A DNA stretch of 64,000 nucleotides, from the IMG/VR virus record IMGVR_UViG_3300019360_000001, one strand, 5' to 3'. The notes below the pieces were generated by a model that worked only from the letters and a program-made list of their open reading frames with translations, did not search any database and was not told where the DNA came from. Made by a program: the position numbers and the translations under genes. Source of the DNA: a virus. Position 1 is the stretch's first letter; each line of letters opens with the position of its first letter. Shown piece after piece: positions 1 to 7,946 of this stretch.

Positions 1-49
1 ACTTACGGAAGGAAACCGAAAAACGAACAAAATCGTTGATGTCAAACAT
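1..49 (-). CDS. hypothetical protein, runs off the window edge (MFDINDFVRFSVSFRK...)
   Basis: ATG at 49-47 overlaps the end of 42..236, with a purine-rich SD upstream. Confidence 0.45.
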   Translation of the reverse strand, partial: MFDINDFVRFSVSFRK

Positions 50-236
50 TTTTCCCCTTTCCTATAATACCGTTTGTCTTCAAGGTATCGACCCTGTCCA
101 AGGTATCCTTGACTACGTTGTCGATTGAATTGGTCTTCTTTAGAAGAGTATACATGTCCAAATAAAGTTCAAGAATTTCGGTTTTTGTCAATTTTTTGAA
201 CTGTCGCATAAATAAATCATACTGTGTCTCAAACAT
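42..236 (-). CDS. hypothetical protein (64 aa)
   Basis: ORF track; GAGGAG SD upstream; part of a coupled minus-strand operon. Confidence 0.7.
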   Translation of the reverse strand: MFETQYDLFMRQFKKLTKTEILELYLDMYTLLKKTNSIDNVVKDTLDRVDTLKTNGIIGKGKNV

Positions 237-390
237 TATAGGACTCCTCTACTAGAAGACCTTTCGAGCCTACCCTGCCCGGACGGGGGGCGAAGATTCG
301 CCACGGTGACAGGATCAACTGGGTTAACTTTCGCAATTCTTCCAGGTCTCCTTGAATCGACAGCTGGCCATTGATTTCCAGAGTGTACAT
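229..390 (-). CDS. hypothetical protein (53 aa, MYTLEINGQLSIQGDL...)
   Basis: Read manually; fills the gap between neighbours, TAATG coupling to upstream ORF. Confidence 0.6.
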   Translation of the reverse strand: MYTLEINGQLSIQGDLEELRKLTQLILSPWRIFAPRPGRVGSKGLLVEESYNV

Positions 391-509
391 TATTTCCTAA
401 GTCCTTTCCGTACCTTAATTTGGAGTGCCTGAAACCGAACCTTCAGCTCTGCTATTCTCTTTTTGCTCTCCGAAACCTTAGCTATAAGCTCTTCGAAGTG
501 CTTTTCCAT
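390..509 (-). CDS. small coiled-coil protein (39 aa, MEKHFEEL...)
   Basis: ATG at 509 with GAAGGGAG SD, just downstream of the sigma54 motif; the longer start at 593 would overlap the promoter. Confidence 0.65.
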   Translation of the reverse strand: MEKHFEELIAKVSESKKRIAELKVRFQALQIKVRKGLRK

Positions 510-533
510 TTTTCTCCCTTCGTTATTGATTAA

Positions 534-548
534 GCATGAATCGTGCCG
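534..548 (-). promoter_or_regulatory. sigma54 (-24/-12) promoter CGGCACGATTCATGC
   Basis: GG-N10-GC spacing, close to consensus TGGCACG-N4-TTGC; SD and ATG follow. Confidence 0.65.
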
Positions 549-664
549 TTCTCCTAAGTTCTTATTTTTCGTTGCCCCTAACCGTCTAACCAAGACTTAT
601 GGCTCGAAAAACTGTCAGATGTCCTAACATCTTTCATGTATGAAAAACATACAGTTGATTGCCT

Positions 665-693
665 AAAAAAAGGGAACCGTATTAGGTTCCCTT
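665..693 (-). terminator. intrinsic terminator
   Basis: AAGGGAACC/GGTTCCCTT stem followed by a U-tract on the minus strand, downstream of 707..1249. Confidence 0.75.
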
Positions 694-706
694 GAAGTCA
701 GATTTC

Positions 707-1249
707 TTACCTTCCGAATCTGGAAATCCGAGGAAAACAAGCTTCAACTTGTTTCGGCGAAAGGGGATACGTATATTTCCTGTCCTTTTTCGACTTTAGC
801 CAACTTAAGACTTGTTCGCACAAGTTCTTGCGGAATTCGGAACGGAATTTTCGGACCTTCATCAGCTGGAAAACCGCTTCTTTTCTATCAAAGTCGAGAG
901 TTCCCAACAGTTTGACGATTCTTCCAGCCTGAAATTTGCCGTGGTGAAGGAAGTCCACAATTCGCTTGCGGAAAATCTCGCTTTGAATCTTCTTAGCTTG
1001 TTTGTAGGCATGCCATTGAAACGCTTTGTAGGCCTCGGAGGTCTTGTCTATTTTGGGGGGTGAAACGTAATCAAAAGCATCTGTGCCTACTGGAATTGTC
1101 TCTGGCCACTGTAAGTTGAAATTCCATACGGTGATGGAATCTTCATAGATCGCCCAGTCGTTGTTCCATTTACGACAGAAGGCAACGATTCTGCCTTCAT
1201 TTGCCGTAAGTATGTCTTGCGCTTTCATTTGTGTTCCTTTCATTCGCAA
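707..1249 (-). CDS. hypothetical protein (180 aa)
   Basis: ORF track, followed by terminator. Confidence 0.75.
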   Translation of the reverse strand: MRMKGTQMKAQDILTANEGRIVAFCRKWNNDWAIYEDSITVWNFNLQWPETIPVGTDAFDYVSPPKIDKTSEAYKAFQWHAYKQAKKIQSEIFRKRIVDFLHHGKFQAGRIVKLLGTLDFDRKEAVFQLMKVRKFRSEFRKNLCEQVLSWLKSKKDRKYTYPLSPKQVEACFPRISRFGR

Positions 1250-1425
1250 AGACTTGTTTCAGTTGTTCTTACGTCAACAAAAAGGTTTCCTTTTCCGTAA
1301 ACCTTTTCCAGGATTTGGACTGCTTCAAGTGCTTCTCTCATTGTTCCGTAAGACAAGCAAAGGAATACCGATTCCACGTAACCTGTCTCATCTTCTTCGT
1401 TTAGGTAAACGTTATATCCTTCCAT
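1240..1425 (-). CDS. hypothetical acidic protein (61 aa)
   Basis: AAGGA SD, overlaps next gene. Confidence 0.65.
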   Translation of the reverse strand: MEGYNVYLNEEDETGYVESVFLCLSYGTMREALEAVQILEKVYGKGNLFVDVRTTETSLCE

Positions 1426-1454
1426 GGGTTTCCTTTATAGCCTAATGGGAATAA

Positions 1455-1477
1455 GGGGGAATGTTTACCATTCCCCC
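1455..1477 (-). terminator. hairpin / possible terminator or RNA-processing stem
   Basis: GGGGGAATG-5nt-CATTCCCCC perfect stem; weak U-tract. Confidence 0.5.
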
Positions 1478-1489
1478 ATTCAACCTTTG

Positions 1490-1645
1490 CTAGATCGACC
1501 AGTAAGGGGACCGCAAGGTGAGCGCACGAATACCGATGTAACCGGTTTCGATCGCCCACATCTCCCGGATGATGTTGTTGGGCGACTTGCTGACAGAAGC
1601 CCAGTATTTCGTCAACATCTTCAGGCGCTTGACGGCATTGACCAT
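1490..1645 (-). CDS. hypothetical protein (51 aa, MVNAVKRLKMLTKYW...)
   Basis: Read manually; AAGGAG SD; same strand as neighbours. Confidence 0.65.
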   Translation of the reverse strand: MVNAVKRLKMLTKYWASVSKSPNNIIREMWAIETGYIGIRALTLRSPYWSI

Positions 1646-1655
1646 TTGCACTCCT

Positions 1656-1739
1656 TTATCCGAGAATCGCCTTAAGGTAAGTCAGAAGGTAAATCACCAT
1701 TACGATTGCTGGCGTTACCATTAGGATTTTGATTCTCAT
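1656..1739 (-). CDS. hydrophobic micropeptide (27 aa, MRIKILMVTPAIVMVIYLLTYLKAILG), probably leaderless
   Basis: ATG lies about 13 nt past the -12 GC of the 1752-1766 promoter; stop abuts the SD of the next gene. Confidence 0.5.
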   Translation of the reverse strand: MRIKILMVTPAIVMVIYLLTYLKAILG

Positions 1740-1751
1740 AATGATGGAATA

Positions 1752-1766
1752 GCATCTTCTATGCCA
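1752..1766 (-). promoter_or_regulatory. sigma54 promoter TGGCATAGAAGATGC
   Basis: GG-N10-GC; identical copy at 2077-2091. Confidence 0.65.
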
Positions 1767-1770
1767 AAAA

Positions 1771-1797
1771 CTAAATCCTTATATTATAAAGACTTAG
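1771..1797. promoter_or_regulatory. quasi-palindromic IHF-like site CTAAATCCTTATATTATAAAGACTTAG
   Basis: Immediately upstream of a sigma54 motif; related copy at 2440-2466. Confidence 0.4.
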
Positions 1798-1894
1798 GTT
1801 TTAGAATAGGAAGGAAATGACAGTTTTAGGCGTCAAATTTTGTCTATTTTGCCATTTAATACCACATGGAAACGGTTTGAATGTCTTCCCGAAA

Positions 1895-2038
1895 TCATTT
1901 TCTCTCTATATAAGTCGCCCTTCCACCAAACAAAGCATAAAGCGAGACAAACAAAAGGGTTAATGTTAAAGTCGGAACCGTAAAGGTAGTCTCGCCATTT
2001 GACACATCGTAAAAGGTCGGGAAAATGTGTCGAATCAC
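1895..2038 (-). CDS. small membrane protein (47 aa, MIRHIFPTFYDV...)
   Basis: GTG start with AAGGA SD downstream of the promoter at 2077-2091; hydrophobic segment. Confidence 0.5.
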   Translation of the reverse strand: MIRHIFPTFYDVSNGETTFTVPTLTLTLLFVSLYALFGGRATYIERK

Positions 2039-2076
2039 GGGTTATATCCTTTTTTCTTCTTTCAATGGGATCATAC

Positions 2077-2091
2077 GCATCTTCTATGCCA
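2077..2091 (-). promoter_or_regulatory. sigma54 promoter TGGCATAGAAGATGC
   Basis: GG-N10-GC, identical to 1752-1766. Confidence 0.65.
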
Positions 2092-2312
2092 TCCTTTCTA
2101 CGCTTGAATCTAAAGGGTTTACGTTACTAGCCCTTCCCAAAACCAAGCGAAACGTCAAATGTCTGTACATCCCAGGTTTTCATAAGTCCTTATGGGATAA
2201 CGTTTCACATGGCAAAAATGGGATTTCGCCTATAGCAAAACACAAAATTCCATATAGGCAAAAATTACTTACGGATTTATTATACTTAGGACACATTCAA
2301 TTAGGCCTACTT

Positions 2313-2327
2313 GCATCTTTTATGCCA
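2313..2327 (-). promoter_or_regulatory. sigma54 promoter TGGCATAAAAGATGC
   Basis: One mismatch to the other two copies. Confidence 0.55.
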
Positions 2328-2439
2328 CTTTATTACATGCAATATTTGTTCCATCCCATCATTTCCCTAACCTATTACCACATCAAACAATAAACTTACC
2401 ATAAAGAACCGTACCAAAGACACAAGCTTGTCTGAGATG

Positions 2440-2466
2440 CTAAGTTGTTATATTGAAAGGACTTAG
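2440..2466. promoter_or_regulatory. quasi-palindromic IHF-like site CTAAGTTGTTATATTGAAAGGACTTAG
   Basis: CTAAGT...ACTTAG inverted ends, same 27-bp length as 1771-1797. Confidence 0.4.
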
Positions 2467-2544
2467 GGGAGGGTTTTTGGAATTCGTGATTTGATTGATG
2501 CGAAAAACGCCGGGGGGACTCACACAAAACATACACCCCCTATC

Positions 2545-2640
2545 TTAGTATCGTACTAACATACCAGTATCATACTAACATGCTCATACTAATATGTCTT
2601 TATATTTTAGTATTAATTATTAGGGGAGTATCGTACTAAC
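2545..2640 (+). repeat. clustered 14-bp direct repeats AGTATC(G/A)TACTAAC
   Basis: Copies at 2547-2560, 2566-2579 and 2627-2640, partial at 2584-2593; first copy sits in palindrome TTAGTA-TCG-TACTAA. Confidence 0.8.
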
Positions 2641-2681
2641 TTTGCTGTAATAAGCATGTCCCTCTTATGGATAAGTAGAGT

Positions 2682-2789
2682 ATGTACAAAATAAATATAC
2701 CAATTGAGTTTATTAATTTACGCTTAAAAAGTGGCCTTATGAAAATAATAGACAAAAATTCGATGAAGGGCATTTATTATGTTTTATGA
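2682..2789 (+). CDS. micropeptide (35 aa) ending KGIYYVL
   Basis: Read manually: MYKINIPIEFINLRLKSGLMKIIDKNSMKGIYYVL; shares its tail with the next ORFs. Confidence 0.55.
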   Translation: MYKINIPIEFINLRLKSGLMKIIDKNSMKGIYYVL

Positions 2790-3039
2790 TCCTATTCTAT
2801 CCAAAGTAGATAAAGAATTAAAGAATAAATTGCCAAAATATTTTTATATTTACAATTCGCATTTTAAGTCCAATAAAGATTTAAGTATGTCTTATTGCTT
2901 GGATAATGAATATTTTATAATAACAGTAAATTTAGAGCAATTACCTGAAATTACTCATCATAATAGAGTAAGTTTTATCACAACCAAGATAATTGAACAA
3001 ATAGCGACTCGTAAAAAAGGGCTTTATTATATTTTATAA
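2779..3039 (+). CDS. hypothetical protein ending KGLYYIL
   Basis: ORF track; shared C-terminal motif. Confidence 0.7.
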   Translation: MFYDPILSKVDKELKNKLPKYFYIYNSHFKSNKDLSMSYCLDNEYFIITVNLEQLPEITHHNRVSFITTKIIEQIATRKKGLYYIL

Positions 3040-3042
3040 GGT

Positions 3043-3315
3043 ATGTATATGCCATATGTTTTTATAGCAAGTATTCAGAAAAGAATAAGGCGAATATTAC
3101 CGATGTTTTATATCGAAGATGTACTGCCAGTTGAAAATAAAACAGAGATACATTACGGAATATATATTTTGCCCAATGTTGTGCTTGGTGATAAAATAAA
3201 AATAGATGAAACTCCGTGGCTTGAAAAGCCATACGAACAAATGGAAGATTTTATAGTTAAAGAAATAATGGCAAAAATACAAACAACAAAAAAAGGAATT
3301 TATTATATACTATGA
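3043..3315 (+). CDS. hypothetical protein ending KGIYYIL
   Basis: ORF track; shared C-terminal motif. Confidence 0.7.
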   Translation: MYMPYVFIASIQKRIRRILPMFYIEDVLPVENKTEIHYGIYILPNVVLGDKIKIDETPWLEKPYEQMEDFIVKEIMAKIQTTKKGIYYIL

Positions 3316-3467
3316 ATAAAAAATGCGAAAAATGCCAAAATAATTTTTCCACTAATTTCCCTAACAAAAGGTTTTGCTGTGCAAGATGTAGGGAGGCGAG
3401 TTCGAGACGCCGCAATTACAGCTACCAAAAGGAGTATATGAGAAAATTTAGGAGCAAAGAAAAATGA
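3312..3467 (+). CDS. small zinc-finger protein (51 aa, MNKKCEKCQNNF...FCCARC)
   Basis: Read manually; ATGA overlaps at both ends; CxxC...FCxxxC. Confidence 0.6.
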   Translation: MNKKCEKCQNNFSTNFPNKRFCCARCREASSRRRNYSYQKEYMRKFRSKEK

Positions 3468-3784
3468 TGACATCAATATACTGTGATCCAAAGATTATTA
3501 AATTAATACAAGATAGCTTTACTGATGCAGATTTATCAATGATGCAAGTACATTATTCGTACAAAAACACATATTTTACAGGAATGGTATGTATTGGAGA
3601 TATACCATTTTTCTTAGATGTTGAAATAAGAGACATTAATAAAAAAGAAGATATGTACAAAGATTCTGTAATTAAACAAATAGTTAATGAGATAGAAAAT
3701 AAATACAAACAAGTAAAGGGAAAAATTGCTAAAAAGAAAGCCAAAGAATTAGCAAAAACTAACGGTATATATTTTGCTAGATGA
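3464..3784 (+). CDS. hypothetical protein ending NGIYFAR
   Basis: ORF track; ATGA coupling. Confidence 0.7.
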   Translation: MMTSIYCDPKIIKLIQDSFTDADLSMMQVHYSYKNTYFTGMVCIGDIPFFLDVEIRDINKKEDMYKDSVIKQIVNEIENKYKQVKGKIAKKKAKELAKTNGIYFAR

Positions 3785-4092
3785 ATACTTTATATGGTTT
3801 TATTATGAAAGAAATTAATATAAGCACAGAAAAGATAGTCAAATTAATTACCAACTATTTGCCTAAGATTAAAGAAGTATCTATTACATGTGAGGCTGAA
3901 AAAGAAATTCTTATGATATATTGTGAAGCGAAATATGGGGGAATAAATATTCAGACATCTATCTCTTATACAAAATATGACCTTAGATTTTCTAGTTTTG
4001 ATATAAACTCGTTAATCTATGGCGCATTAGTTAGTGGTATATTGTTAAAACTTAAAAACTACGAAATGAAAGGGGTTTATTATGAGCGATAA
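3781..4092 (+). CDS. hypothetical protein ending KGVYYER
   Basis: ORF track; ATGA coupling. Confidence 0.7.
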   Translation: MNTLYGFIMKEINISTEKIVKLITNYLPKIKEVSITCEAEKEILMIYCEAKYGGINIQTSISYTKYDLRFSSFDINSLIYGALVSGILLKLKNYEMKGVYYER

Positions 4093-4163
4093 TTTAGTAA
4101 AATATGTAGCTGTGTTATGGATATTAATGTCCATCTTATGTTTTTAAAGGAAAGGAACAAAAT

Positions 4164-4433
4164 ATGAAGGAAGTTGTAAGGCTTTTAGTTTTAACTATTT
4201 TAGGTTTTCTTGTTGGGTTTTTCATGACTAAATTTTTGTTTGCCGATACTATTTTCTTGCATAATGGCAATGTTATAAAAGGCACAGTAATGGCTCCTCC
4301 TAACAAAGATAGTCAAAAAATACATGTTTACTTTTATAACGAGGGTAAAGGCGGAACTGTTATTCTAGACAAGAAACAAGTAAAGAAAATTGTAGTAGAT
4401 GGGAAAGATAGTACAATAAACGATGGCAAATAA
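4164..4433 (+). CDS. exported or membrane-anchored small beta-barrel protein
   Basis: N-terminal signal/TM segment followed by ADTIFLHNGNVIKG motif; AAGGA SD. Confidence 0.65.
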   Translation: MKEVVRLLVLTILGFLVGFFMTKFLFADTIFLHNGNVIKGTVMAPPNKDSQKIHVYFYNEGKGGTVILDKKQVKKIVVDGKDSTINDGK

Positions 4434-4437
4434 TTAT

Positions 4438-4535
4438 CTTTTCCTATTAAAACCCTGAACGTTTAGTTCAGGGATAAACATCGGTAACAATTTCTACTTT
4501 TCTCTAATATATTAACTATGCGAAAAACATTCAAC
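4438..4535 (+). mobile_element. relic left end of an IS200/IS605 (tnpB-type) element
   Basis: Hairpin CCCTGAAC-GTTTA-GTTCAGGG (4453-4473) resembling IS605 ends, then ATG-R-K-T-F like a TnpB start, immediately truncated. Confidence 0.4.
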
Positions 4536-4586
4536 TCTTCTAATAAATGCGACGATCTTAAGACTCATAATGAATAAAGGACAAAC

Positions 4587-5042
4587 ATGGAAATATCAAA
4601 ATTTCAGGGCGAATATAGATTCCTATCTAACTTTTGGTCCGCCACAGTTGAATTTGATGGTTTGATTTACAAATCGGTTGAACATGCATATCAAGCAGCA
4701 AAAACTTTGGATCAAGATATCAGACTAAAAATTAGAGATTTAAACTCTCCGGGAGATGCCAAGCGTTTTGCCAAAACTTTCAAGTTGCGTTCTGATTGGG
4801 AACAAGTAAAATTGGAAATAATGGAAGATTTGGTAAGGCAAAAATTTACTAATCATTCATATCTTTGCAAAAGACTTTTGGGTACTGAGGGATTTGAACT
4901 TATTGAGGGTAATACTTGGAATGATACTTTTTGGGGTGTTTGTAATGGAAAAGGAGAAAATAATTTAGGCAAAATATTAATGAAAGTGCGCAAAGAAATT
5001 AAACAACATCGGAAATTAAGACTAAAGGATGGTGATATATGA
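4587..5042 (+). CDS. NADAR family protein (YbiA-like)
   Basis: FLSNF, SVEHAYQAAK, DWEQVK, KF, LIEGNTWNDTFWG, GENNLGKILM motifs. Confidence 0.92.
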   Translation: MEISKFQGEYRFLSNFWSATVEFDGLIYKSVEHAYQAAKTLDQDIRLKIRDLNSPGDAKRFAKTFKLRSDWEQVKLEIMEDLVRQKFTNHSYLCKRLLGTEGFELIEGNTWNDTFWGVCNGKGENNLGKILMKVRKEIKQHRKLRLKDGDI

Positions 5043-5347
5043 AGAAATTATTAAAGAATAAAAAAATTCCATCTATAGTTTTTAATGAAGAAGATTTGGT
5101 TGGTTTAATTGATTCGGTAATAGGTCGTTTACAAGAAGTACAGAAAACTGCTGAGTCTATGGGATTTAACAATATTTGTTTAGATGTTTTTTCCTATGAA
5201 GGGATTAGTGTAGAAATTACTGGCGACAGATATGAAACCGATGTTGAGATTAAGAAAAGATTATTAAAAAGTAAAAAAATTAAACAAAGCAAGATAGATA
5301 GAGAGTACAAGGAATACAATAGACTAAAGGCTAAATTTGGAAAGTAA
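5039..5347 (+). CDS. hypothetical protein
   Basis: ORF track, ATGA overlap. Confidence 0.7.
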   Translation: MKKLLKNKKIPSIVFNEEDLVGLIDSVIGRLQEVQKTAESMGFNNICLDVFSYEGISVEITGDRYETDVEIKKRLLKSKKIKQSKIDREYKEYNRLKAKFGK

Positions 5348-5456
5348 TTTTTTAAGCACGGATGATTCAACGTTTTTACGTAAAAAATACCTATAAGCAA
5401 AGGATAGTAAAGGCGTTACGAATGAGTAGCTTAATGGGCGATATTAAGGAGAAATA

Positions 5457-5681
5457 ATGTTAAAGCCAGATAAAGACCTTAACCAAGGTCTTACGATAAT
5501 TAAAAGAAACGGTAGAATTACAGACGATGATTATGGTCAGATTTTGGCTATGCTTGCGATTGCATTTGCAATAGATAAATTGCAAAGCAATGGTCCATCT
5601 TTACAGTTCAAATCAATAATAGAAGAGCTACAAGGGCTATATGGTTTCTACTTTGTGGAAACCAATCAAGGGGCAAAATGA
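5457..5681 (+). CDS. hypothetical protein
   Basis: AAGGAG SD. Confidence 0.65.
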   Translation: MLKPDKDLNQGLTIIKRNGRITDDDYGQILAMLAIAFAIDKLQSNGPSLQFKSIIEELQGLYGFYFVETNQGAK

Positions 5682-5953
5682 ATTTGAATGACATTAATTC
5701 TTGGTTAATTTTATTTTTGTTTTTACATTGTATATATATTAATTATAAGTATTATTTTCTTAAGAAATCTTTAAAAAGATCTATAGAGGCAAATTTTTTA
5801 ACATTTGAGGCGTTAAAATCTTTTGTTGGGATATATAAATCTTTTATACAGGATTTATTTTTATATCTTGAAATGATATATTCTACTAATATAAACAAAG
5901 ATAGTATTGTACCAGATTCTGATATTCCTGGCCCAATAGATGAGATAAAATAA
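5678..5953 (+). CDS. hypothetical membrane protein
   Basis: N-terminal hydrophobic helix. Confidence 0.6.
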   Translation: MNLNDINSWLILFLFLHCIYINYKYYFLKKSLKRSIEANFLTFEALKSFVGIYKSFIQDLFLYLEMIYSTNINKDSIVPDSDIPGPIDEIK

Positions 5954-6684
5954 TGAAAAAAAGAAAATTTAAGAAGCAGCACAAAACAATTGTTGGCGAA
6001 GTTCTACAAGTTAAGGGCAATTACAATAAAAATTTGTGGCGAAGAAACATAGAGCCAAAAGGAGATAGGCAAAAGAAGTATTTAGAATTAATAAAGTCAA
6101 AAGATATAATTTTTGGAATAGGTCCTGCGGGTACTGGCAAAAGTCTTTTGGCTTGTAATTCTGCCATCGAACTTTTAATAGAAAGAAAAGCATCAAAGAT
6201 AATTTTGTGCAGACCAGTAGTTGAGTCTGGAGAACGACTTGGATATTTACCTGGAGATATTGAGCAAAAATTAAATCCTTATCTTCGTCCTTTGTACGAC
6301 TGTCTTTCTTATATATTTACACCAAACATAATAAATGGAATGGTGGAAGATAAAACTATAGAAATTTTGCCACTGGCCTTTACAAGAGGAATAACATTTA
6401 AGAAATCTGTTGTTATTTTAGATGAGGCACAAAACTGTACAGTGGAACAAATGAAAATGTTTTTAACAAGGCTAGGAGAAGGATCTAAGTTGATTATCAA
6501 TGGAGATGTTACTCAAGTAGACCTTGAGCATAAAAAGTCAGGATTACAAGAAGCATATAACCAACTTTGTTCTCATCCTAAGGGAGGTGTTATAGATGAA
6601 ATTGGTTCTGTTCTATTCTTAAAAGAAGACATAATAAGACATCCGGTAGTGGCTAAGATTATTGAAAAGTGGAACGGATTCTAA
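5953..6684 (+). CDS. phoH: PhoH-family ATPase
   Basis: GPAGTGKS, RPVVESGERLGYLPGD, RG, LDEAQN, TRLG, GDVTQVD, RH motifs. Confidence 0.95.
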   Translation: MKKRKFKKQHKTIVGEVLQVKGNYNKNLWRRNIEPKGDRQKKYLELIKSKDIIFGIGPAGTGKSLLACNSAIELLIERKASKIILCRPVVESGERLGYLPGDIEQKLNPYLRPLYDCLSYIFTPNIINGMVEDKTIEILPLAFTRGITFKKSVVILDEAQNCTVEQMKMFLTRLGEGSKLIINGDVTQVDLEHKKSGLQEAYNQLCSHPKGGVIDEIGSVLFLKEDIIRHPVVAKIIEKWNGF

Positions 6685-7946
6685 TGATAGATACAATAAT
6701 CCAACAAATAAAAGATATAGTACACAATAACGCCTTTTTCCAAGGTGGAGCCATAATAGCTTTATTAGGAGCTATCTTTGCCTATTGTAGAAATGTACCA
6801 AGATATATTTGGATGTGGATAAAATTTAAATTTACTGCATCCATGCAAGTTACGTCAGATTCAAACTATGAGATGTATCACTCAATCCTTTCTTGGCTTA
6901 GTTCGCACAAAAAAATTAGGTCATGTAAAAACATATCTATTTTATCTTTGCATCATTCTTTGCAAAAAGAAGGGGTTAAAAATTTTAATATAATGCCAAG
7001 GAGTGGGTTTTTTCAAGTATTTTTTAAATATTATAGATGTTTTGTAGTTACATTAACAGAGTCGAAAAGGACTGGCAATATGGCAGAAGCAATAACATAT
7101 GAAATAAATTTAACTGTTTTTCCTTGCATTAATAATAATATACTTCATAAAATAATAGATGAAGCAAAAAAATTGTATGACACCGAAAGCAATAGATTTT
7201 TAAATATAAAAACTGGAACGGAATATGAAGATAATTTAATTTCTGATAAAAGAATTCTTTCTTCAGTTATAATAACTGACGATATAAAAAAAATTGTAGT
7301 AGATGATATTAGTCAATTCTTGGCAAGTCGTGAATGGTATCTAAAAAGAGGTCTAGATTACAAAAGAGGATATTTATTATATGGTACACCTGGAAACGGG
7401 AAAACATCTTTGGTTAAAGCAATAGCAAGCCATTTTAATTTGCCAATAAACTATATCCCGATGGGCGACGTTGGAGATGCAAAGCTTTTACAAATAAGAA
7501 ATAGAAGCGTTGATCCTCATATTGTACTAATAGAAGATGTGGACACAATTAGCGCCGCTTTAAGTAGAACTAAAAAACATGAGCGAAATAAGTCAGAAAT
7601 AACAATTAATTCATTAACTTTAAGTGGATTTTTAAATTTTTTAGATGGAGTTATATCTGAAAGCGGAAGAATTTTATTTATGACTACTAATTATCCAGAA
7701 AAACTTGATAAGGCAATAATTAGAGCTGGAAGAATTGATGTTTTTGCTTGTCTTGATAATGCCACAAAAGATCAAGCGTATAGAGCGTTTAAACTTTTCT
7801 TTGGCGAAGATGATAAATGTGAGAATTTAGCTTTAAAGTTTTCAAAATCGATTCCTGAAGGCACTAATATGGCAAGTATACAAGAACATTTGTTGAAAAA
7901 TAAAAATGATATAAATATGGCCAGTGTATTTAGAGGTAGAAAATGA
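6684..7946 (+). CDS. BCS1-like membrane-anchored AAA+ ATPase
   Basis: N-terminal TM; WYLKRGLDYKRGYLLYGTPGNGKTS, IEDVD, LTLSGFLNFLDG, MTTNY, LDKAIIRAGRID; likely start 6684. Confidence 0.85.
   Translation: MIDTIIQQIKDIVHNNAFFQGGAIIALLGAIFAYCRNVPRYIWMWIKFKFTASMQVTSDSNYEMYHSILSWLSSHKKIRSCKNISILSLHHSLQKEGVKNFNIMPRSGFFQVFFKYYRCFVVTLTESKRTGNMAEAITYEINLTVFPCINNNILHKIIDEAKKLYDTESNRFLNIKTGTEYEDNLISDKRILSSVIITDDIKKIVVDDISQFLASREWYLKRGLDYKRGYLLYGTPGNGKTSLVKAIASHFNLPINYIPMGDVGDAKLLQIRNRSVDPHIVLIEDVDTISAALSRTKKHERNKSEITINSLTLSGFLNFLDGVISESGRILFMTTNYPEKLDKAIIRAGRIDVFACLDNATKDQAYRAFKLFFGEDDKCENLALKFSKSIPEGTNMASIQEHLLKNKNDINMASVFRGRK

Noticed and set aside
812-2393. Plus-strand ORFs 812..1063, 1161..1445, 1424..1675 and 2025..2393
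   Set aside because: They are shadows of minus-strand genes and promoters that have SDs and terminators.
2545-2640. Mini CRISPR array
   Set aside because: Repeats are 14 bp with 5-nt or irregular spacing, and no cas genes are present.
2682-4092. C-terminal tag as HbYX/GQYL proteasome motif, GIY-YIG nuclease motif or T9SS signal
   Set aside because: Tyr is not penultimate; GIY-YIG motifs are N-terminal and spaced apart; T9SS domains continue beyond GxY and need a signal peptide.
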